This document shows, piece by piece, positions 36,818 to 43,129 of a DNA stretch of 43,129 bases (the stretch's first letter is position 1; each line of letters starts with the position of its first letter). A model generated the notes under the pieces. That model did no database searches. It was not told the DNA's origin and was given only the letters and a program-made list of their open reading frames with translations. This stretch comes from Catajapyx aquilonaris (taxonomy: Eukaryota), in contig JYFJ02003348.1 of NCBI GenBank assembly GCA_000934665.2, forward strand, positions 1 to 43,129, read 5' to 3'. The translations under genes and the position numbers were made by a program.

Positions 36818-36896
36818 GCTTCTGTAGTTTAATGGTAAAACACGCACTCATATATGTGAATCAGTGTGTATCTGGGTTCAAATCCCAGCAGAAGTT
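36818..36896 (+). tRNA. tRNA-like sequence (pseudo-tRNA or isolated SINE head), anticodon undetermined
   Basis: Acceptor GCTTCTG/CAGAAGT, D arm GTTT/AAAC with TGGTA, T arm CTGGG-TTCAAAT-CCCAG, T5 run ~7 nt downstream. The anticodon arm CGCAC/GTGTG closes an abnormal 16-nt loop and the variable loop is only 3 nt. Confidence 0.4.
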
Positions 36897-38506
36897 AATG
36901 GGTTTTTGTCTGAGTCTTGGAAGGTTCTTGAAGCTAGTTATGTTATAGAGTATACGGTATCGTATGAAATATCAAAATCACTATTACATAATTATTATCA
37001 ACTTATGCTACAATGGTACTGTATATTAATGCGCGTACTTGTTACACGTATTGACTGGCACTTTGTTATGAGGGGGTATTATATGCGTGAAAGTGTTTTG
37101 TGTTGAAGACGTGACCCTGCAAGCATTACCCAGAATACATTTTGGTAGCGGCGACTGTGATTCCACTGCGAAAGGGAGGCCACTGGCATTCAAGACAACT
37201 ACTTGCTGATGTAAATGACAAAATAAACCAGGAAATCAGCTTATGACATAATAAATGTGTAGACCATTTCTGCTATTATCCTAATCTTGAGACATTTTCT
37301 CTCATAGAGTGGATGTGAGAGCAATCAGACGCTTCTTCAACCATGACCGTAGACCTTAATAGCGCTATTACAGCTAATTGCGAATGGTAGGTCAGAAGCT
37401 ACACACAAACTCCTCACTTATATGTCACGCTATATTGTCGGAAAGTCCAACAGCTTCCGCAGTGCCAACCTATGAAGCAATATTCATAGATGATCTCTCA
37501 CATGGTCACCCTATAGTGTGTTTCTTAGATGCTGACAAGAATTGGGCCAAACATGTCCCATAAAAGAGAATTGTCCTTGGCCACGCTTGTACTGTACAAC
37601 CATTTTCACCCATGCCTCGGTAAATAAGATATTTCAGTTCCGGTGATTAAATTTTGCTTTTTTATTGTGTGTCATATCCGTCTGTGCAAACAGTTTCAGT
37701 TAGCAAGAAGTCCCTATACAGGTAAGCCAATTGAGTGGTAAGTCAGGTAGAATATTTTTGCCTTGTAAACAGGCCACAGAGCAGGATTTTGTCTTCCGTG
37801 AAGGCACAATCCTGAAAAGGTGTGGTGAACCTTGCCTTTCTGGAGCTGGCTCACAACCGGTTTCAATGGCTTCCAGCAGGAAGAAATCATGTAAATATTA
37901 GGAAAGGTCGTGAAAACGGCAATATTCATTTTTTTTTGTCGTGGAAACAAGTTCGTATAGTAAAGTTTTTTGAAAGAATAATAAAAAAACGGATTTCAGC
38001 CACGAGAAAGTCAGTCACAAGAAGGTGAGATCATACATGTATAATGTTAAGTTGCTAAATAGCGCGCGTCATCCAAACCTGTATCATATAATTTGCAGCA
38101 TTTCTGTGCCTCGGGCACAATCTTACATATCCTTTACTTATGCAATCGTCAGTTTCGTTCACCGTGACACATTTATTTTAACACCTTGGATTAGCGATAG
38201 CGAATTTGCAAGTGCGTGTGGACTAAGCTAGTCCGATTTACAGGATAAGCTGGACATGCTAAGCAACTTAAACAAACCACTAAATTAAAGTGAGACTGAC
38301 GTGAAAGGTAAGTTACCGTAAACTATTCACGAGTCACTGGATGCGCGTAATGTTTGGATGGATGCATTACTGTACATTTTAGAAATTTGAAAATACAGTT
38401 TTATACTGTATAGCTAGTTGATATCTATTACTGCATTACGACAACAAGCTTCCCCTTTAGAAGCTAACACATCAGTAATTTTATAAAGATACTGTCTGCT
38501 TTCCTC

Positions 38507-38555
38507 TAGGTTTCGTGATAGGTTATTATTAAATAATAGCCTATCACGAAACCTA
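38507..38555. repeat. 49-nt near-perfect hairpin
   Basis: TAGGTTTCGTGATAGGTTATTATT-A-AATAATAGCCTATCACGAAACCTA. Confidence 0.75.
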
Positions 38556-38733
38556 TCATAAATTTTATAATACTTGTCGTCGGTCGAAAAAGTATTTCAA
38601 TAATAAGATTACAATACTCTCAAATCATGGCAACTTCATCCTCACAAAAAATGCCACTAAGGCATTGCGAAAATTGTGTGAAAGTGTAAATATTTAAATA
38701 CGGTATTTAAAAATACTTGGGAACAATATAAAC

Positions 38734-38735
<2 letters not shown>

Positions 38736-38791
<56 letters not shown>

Positions 38792-38909
38792 AACAACAAC
38801 AACAACAACAACAACAACATCACGACATTTCCCTATGAGGGGTAGTCAGCGATGAAGGGAGACGCAAGCTAACCAAATGCCAAATACCAAATGCCAAATA
38901 ACCAAATGC

Positions 38910-38953
<44 letters not shown>

Positions 38954-38968
38954 GTAATAATAATAATC
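38736..38968. repeat. (AAT)n/(CAA)n microsatellites flanking a short ACCAAATGC repeat
   Basis: Direct inspection. Confidence 0.85.
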
Positions 38969-40989
38969 AGTCGAATGTAGGGAGTTAATTAATTCAGTTG
39001 TCCTGAGGGCCCCATTGGACCTACAGTAGATTATAAAAATAAACATATATACAGAAATGGGCTAAAGCTTATGCAATTCCTACTCGTGCGAATATGACAT
39101 CACTTATTTTATCTTTGCAAATATAGACCTACTTGACAGCGTGGGAGGCTGACAAAAGCTAATCTGAAAAGAGGAACTCCGGTCTACACATTTGAACGAC
39201 CTTCACAAAAGTGCAGCCCACAGCAGAGGAAACTTTCTCACGTCCATTCACCGATACTACATGACGCATTTCCGTCCGGTACCACGTACGTATGTGTGAG
39301 GAAGGTTAAGCTTAGTCACTTATTACCCTGTGTTATTTCCAGTCCATTCAGATATTTTTTTTCCTCCTGTAAAACTCACCCCCTACTGTTTGAACCTCCC
39401 CGGCGCGGCATCTGACATTGCTCCAAAATTCATTTGAACAGCGCATGCGCAAGCATAGCCGGTTTTTGTCTTCCCCGGATTGGATGACCTAAAGACAACT
39501 ATGGAGTGGAGAGGTGGCGGGAGGTAGGGAGGGTGAAAGTGGGGCCTTTTGGAAATCTATCATGTCCCTGAGGAAAAGCTGTACCGGAGTGTTTTATTGG
39601 CGAGCAAGCTTGTCTTGCTCAATCCAAGAAGGAATGCAGTCGATGGCATAACACTTGCAGTGGGATAAGGTGTACATTGGGATCACCGGTACTGCAGGTA
39701 CCTGGTTTGCAAGTAGGTATTGCACGTGACTTTCAACAAGTTTTGTTTTGTTTACATGCACATTTGTGCTTCATTGCCAACATGGTGCAATATTATTGAG
39801 ATGCTGTGGGTGCCCTTTTCTGGAGGTCGGCAATTACGGTATATTGCTGGGCTTTCACGTGAGGTCACATGGTATTGAAGCACGAAATTTCCGGAGTTGC
39901 GAAAGTGTGTTTAATTGAGTGTGGCTGTTTAGGATCAAGTGTGGCACGTAGCTGATATTGCGATGACGGCAATAATATATTGTTTTGTTGTACTACCACA
40001 AGAATGGAAAAAGTCGGGAGGGAGAAATCTCTTGACCTGTTAACCCCCGGCGCTTTGTGTCTAAATTTCTTTCTACTGGAGTTTTGCCAGACATACCCCA
40101 AAAAATTTCCATCTTGGCTCGGTTGCCAACTCGGAACGACGGTAGTAGCGCTTCGAAGCAATTAAAACCAGCGGGATACTAGGAGAAATTGTGAGTTTGT
40201 CACATGCGGTGAGCTTTATGACGCGAATGTAATATAGTGCAGGAGTGCAATGGTTGTATGGAGCATATGTAAAGTAAACCTAAAGTCTAAGAACATATGC
40301 AGATCAAGTTTCATGCTTAATGCATGAAAATGATACCTAGATGAGTCATTTGACCTTATACTTTTCGACTGGTTCGCCTACAGGTTACATTCCTGTCAAA
40401 GCAATGTAGAACGAAAGTGAAGGTAAACAAAGCTTTTGCATAGGTACTGATTCTGTGGCAAGTCACGTATAAGCACAATGTGGTTTTTGATGTCACCATG
40501 TCAAGTCATACAACTCGGGAGTCTGCATCACCCTGTAAAACTATGAGTCAATGAATGAACAGACCACAGCTATAGAGCTGTAGAGGTCTTTACGTAATAT
40601 ACGCAAGGCCATTTGTATACGGCCAATTAGGTAGTGCCCCCACTCGCAAAGAGGATGACAGTATCATAAAGGGCGTCTAGTTTGAGTCTGCTTATTCACT
40701 CCGCTGGAGATTGGCAATGAGATTGAATCGCGTTCAAACGCAGTGATTAGGGTACCTACTTGTGAATGCGCCAAATGAAGGTCTGGTTACACAGCTGGTC
40801 TAAGTCTAGAACCTTTTCATGTTAATACCTATGAAATTTACTGCACCTTGTTTTGACCGGACATGCTCAGTCGGATCATATATGCCTGTCATAATATCAG
40901 ATCTGTCGTTCTAGAGGTGCCAAACAGACGGATTAGTATGGAGGACGGCTGAGGACGTCATCATCGTCTCCGGGCAAGCTGACCCAAAT

Positions 40990-41658
40990 ATGGCGACTCC
41001 AACATCCGGATCATGTCTGAAGGCTTGCACCTCCAAAGTGAGGCTGCTAATCCCACTTCTGCGACTTCTATTGGCTATTGTCCTACTGCCCATTGTACTA
41101 GTTCTTCTCATTCCGGTGGTCATTTACCGCCTGATTGTTCACCTAGTCATGGTGTGTCGTTACGGCCACGAAGCACAGTTCATGTCCAGTTTGGACACTG
41201 GGTTTTCCCGAGAGCTGCCGCAGTGCAGGTCCATCATTAACAATCTTCTGGTTTTGGAAGGACCCATGACGCTGGAATCTCTTCAGAGGGGCTTCCAGGA
41301 AAAGTACCTGCAGAAATATTTACGTAAGTCTTATAACTGACAGTAACTGATGACCAGAACGTAGGTATGGTCCACAATAAAGGAATGATATACATATGGA
41401 TGTTCTATTTCCGAAGGTGACGGATCCAAACTGTCAGCCGCACGTGGGAGAAAATATGGCTACTGGTTCTGGCTGCGCAATTGTCCTCAGCTTGACATCA
41501 GGAATCACATTAAGCTTCCGGATGGGCTTGACAGCAGTGGAAGGGTGACTGAAACAGAAATGCTGGAGATGCTGAGCAAGGTGGCCAATACGCCTTTCCA
41601 GAAAGACCGGCCTGCATGGGAGATGCTGTTTCTACCAGTATTTTTGTACAACCACGAG
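40990..41658 (+). CDS. WS/DGAT-family O-acyltransferase, paralog 3 (5' part; the rest lies beyond the window)
   Basis: Exons 40990-41323 and 41417-41658: long hydrophobic N-terminus, YRL..RYGH...LD, RSIINNLLVLEG, GYWFW, LDIRNHIK and DRPAWEMLFLPVFLYNHE, colinear with paralogs 1 and 2. The HHxxxDG exon was not seen in the window. Confidence 0.82.
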
Positions 41659-43129
41659 GTATTATTTCTATCGTAGGGAAGGAATACCGCCGATGCTAAA
41701 TGTTCGTATGTTAAGAGGTGCGTTACAGAGTGACCTAAGCAGGTTTGCATTTTTAAATCTGGAAATAAGATTTTCTTTTGCAACCACATTAGATAATGTA
41801 ACATTTAAAAAAATAATTTCTGAATGTTCCTACAACAGGTGTCAACCCAATAAACTCTTGCTACTCCTAGTGCAACAGTAAATTACGTCAGTAAAAAATT
41901 GAAACATAGGCATATGACACTGGAGCGCACCTCCTCAAGCGTGATATGGTTTACGTTTCACGGAAGATGTGGCGTTTTGCATATTATCATTTGTATATTT
42001 GGTCATGCCATATGTGCCCATGTGCATCCACACTGCAAGCGTGTCTATTTTCTGCTCATTACTAACAATTTGGGACTGACATGCTTTCTCCTAGAATCGT
42101 CGCCAGCAGGGATTAATCATGTAAACATATCTCAACGATTGGTAGACTATACTCTGGAAATTCAGGGAGATGTCAATATTTGGCAGCCGATGACGCAATA
42201 TTGCGGTTTAAGTCTCAAATCATACGATAACATAAACCTAGTGTGATATACATGAAGTTTGTTATTTCAAAGTGCGTCCAACAAGATTTGATAGGAACGC
42301 TAAATTTGATATTAATTTATGTATTAAGGGATTACTTGGAAGCAAATTACAGACTTTATCATGGTGTGTCAACAGAGTGCAGAGGAAATGTGACACCCTT
42401 ATTTATACTTGAATCTTAACAGGTGGTTAATATGCGCTCTATATTGTTATCTGACGTAAAGGCAGAGACCACCCACCGCATTATCTAAATTCCAGCCACT
42501 TCGGATCAACCACCGCAATAACTGAGAGCAATATGAAGCTTGCAATATGTCAAGTTTTCATATGCCTTGCATTATTTTAACACTTTGTAAGGTACAGTCC
42601 CGAGCTTGGAGACAGGACAGGTCGATGTATCAAATACATACGGTTATAATATATATATATATACTTGCCCAAACCCAAAATAATTCGCTCACCCTGATAT
42701 TTCCCAGTTGAGAATATGGAAATGACGATATATAAATTAATTGCACATAAATAGGGTGTCATGAAGGTCGCCTACGTATAGAGTGGCATCTTGCCCACAC
42801 GATGGCACAAAAATGCCTCCTCCAGCGCACATATGACCAAGGTCACAGAGGTTTAAAAATGCGCGATGGGAGTCAGAAGTGTTCGCTCACAGCGCGCGCT
42901 GCATCAAATGAATTCGCTCAGGTACAGTAATTATGCATTTTAATGAACATGGATAACATAAAGGCACTCAATAAGGCGTGACATCCCCCTTAGCTGCAGT
43001 AACAGCATCCAGACGTTGGGGCATCTTGTCGCAGAGAGCTGCACACTGCTCTGGGGTCACACTATCCCATATTTCTTGAAGTCTCTGTACCAGTGACTTG
43101 ACAGTTCGGGGACACATGCGCCTCAGATG

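Noticed and set aside
39441..39450. GCGCATGCGC NRF1/Ewg-like palindrome as the promoter of paralog 3
   Set aside because: A single 10-mer ~1.5 kb from the start codon with no other support.
41324..41416. TGATGA in the short intron of paralog 3 as a snoRNA C box
   Set aside because: No properly placed CTGA D box or terminal stem.

Overview
Eukaryotic (animal, probably arthropod; inferred from intron style, SINE/MITE landscape and protein sequences) genomic DNA. 1-14.6 kb: a minus-strand Mpv17/PMP22-family gene whose two large introns are packed with nested transposon debris (a degenerate APE-type LINE split by a 2.35 kb foldback element, Tc1/mariner remnants, hAT and PIF/Harbinger MITEs, three tRNA-derived SINE families). 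15.5-17.4 kb: a compact plus-strand pair, an ARL14EP-like gene and LSm6 (the latter with a GC-AG intron). 22-43 kb: a tandem array of three divergent bacterial/plant-type wax ester synthase/diacylglycerol acyltransferase (WS/DGAT, HHxxxDG) genes with hydrophobic N-termini and discordant intron positions; two are complete and the third runs off the window. The WS/DGAT cluster is the best candidate for an undescribed system. Smaller curiosities: a template-switch hairpin, two hAT MITEs with an identical 8-bp TSD, a covarying SINE 3' stem-loop and a tRNA-like fold just downstream of WS/DGAT gene 2. All gene models were spliced by eye; no database searches were run.
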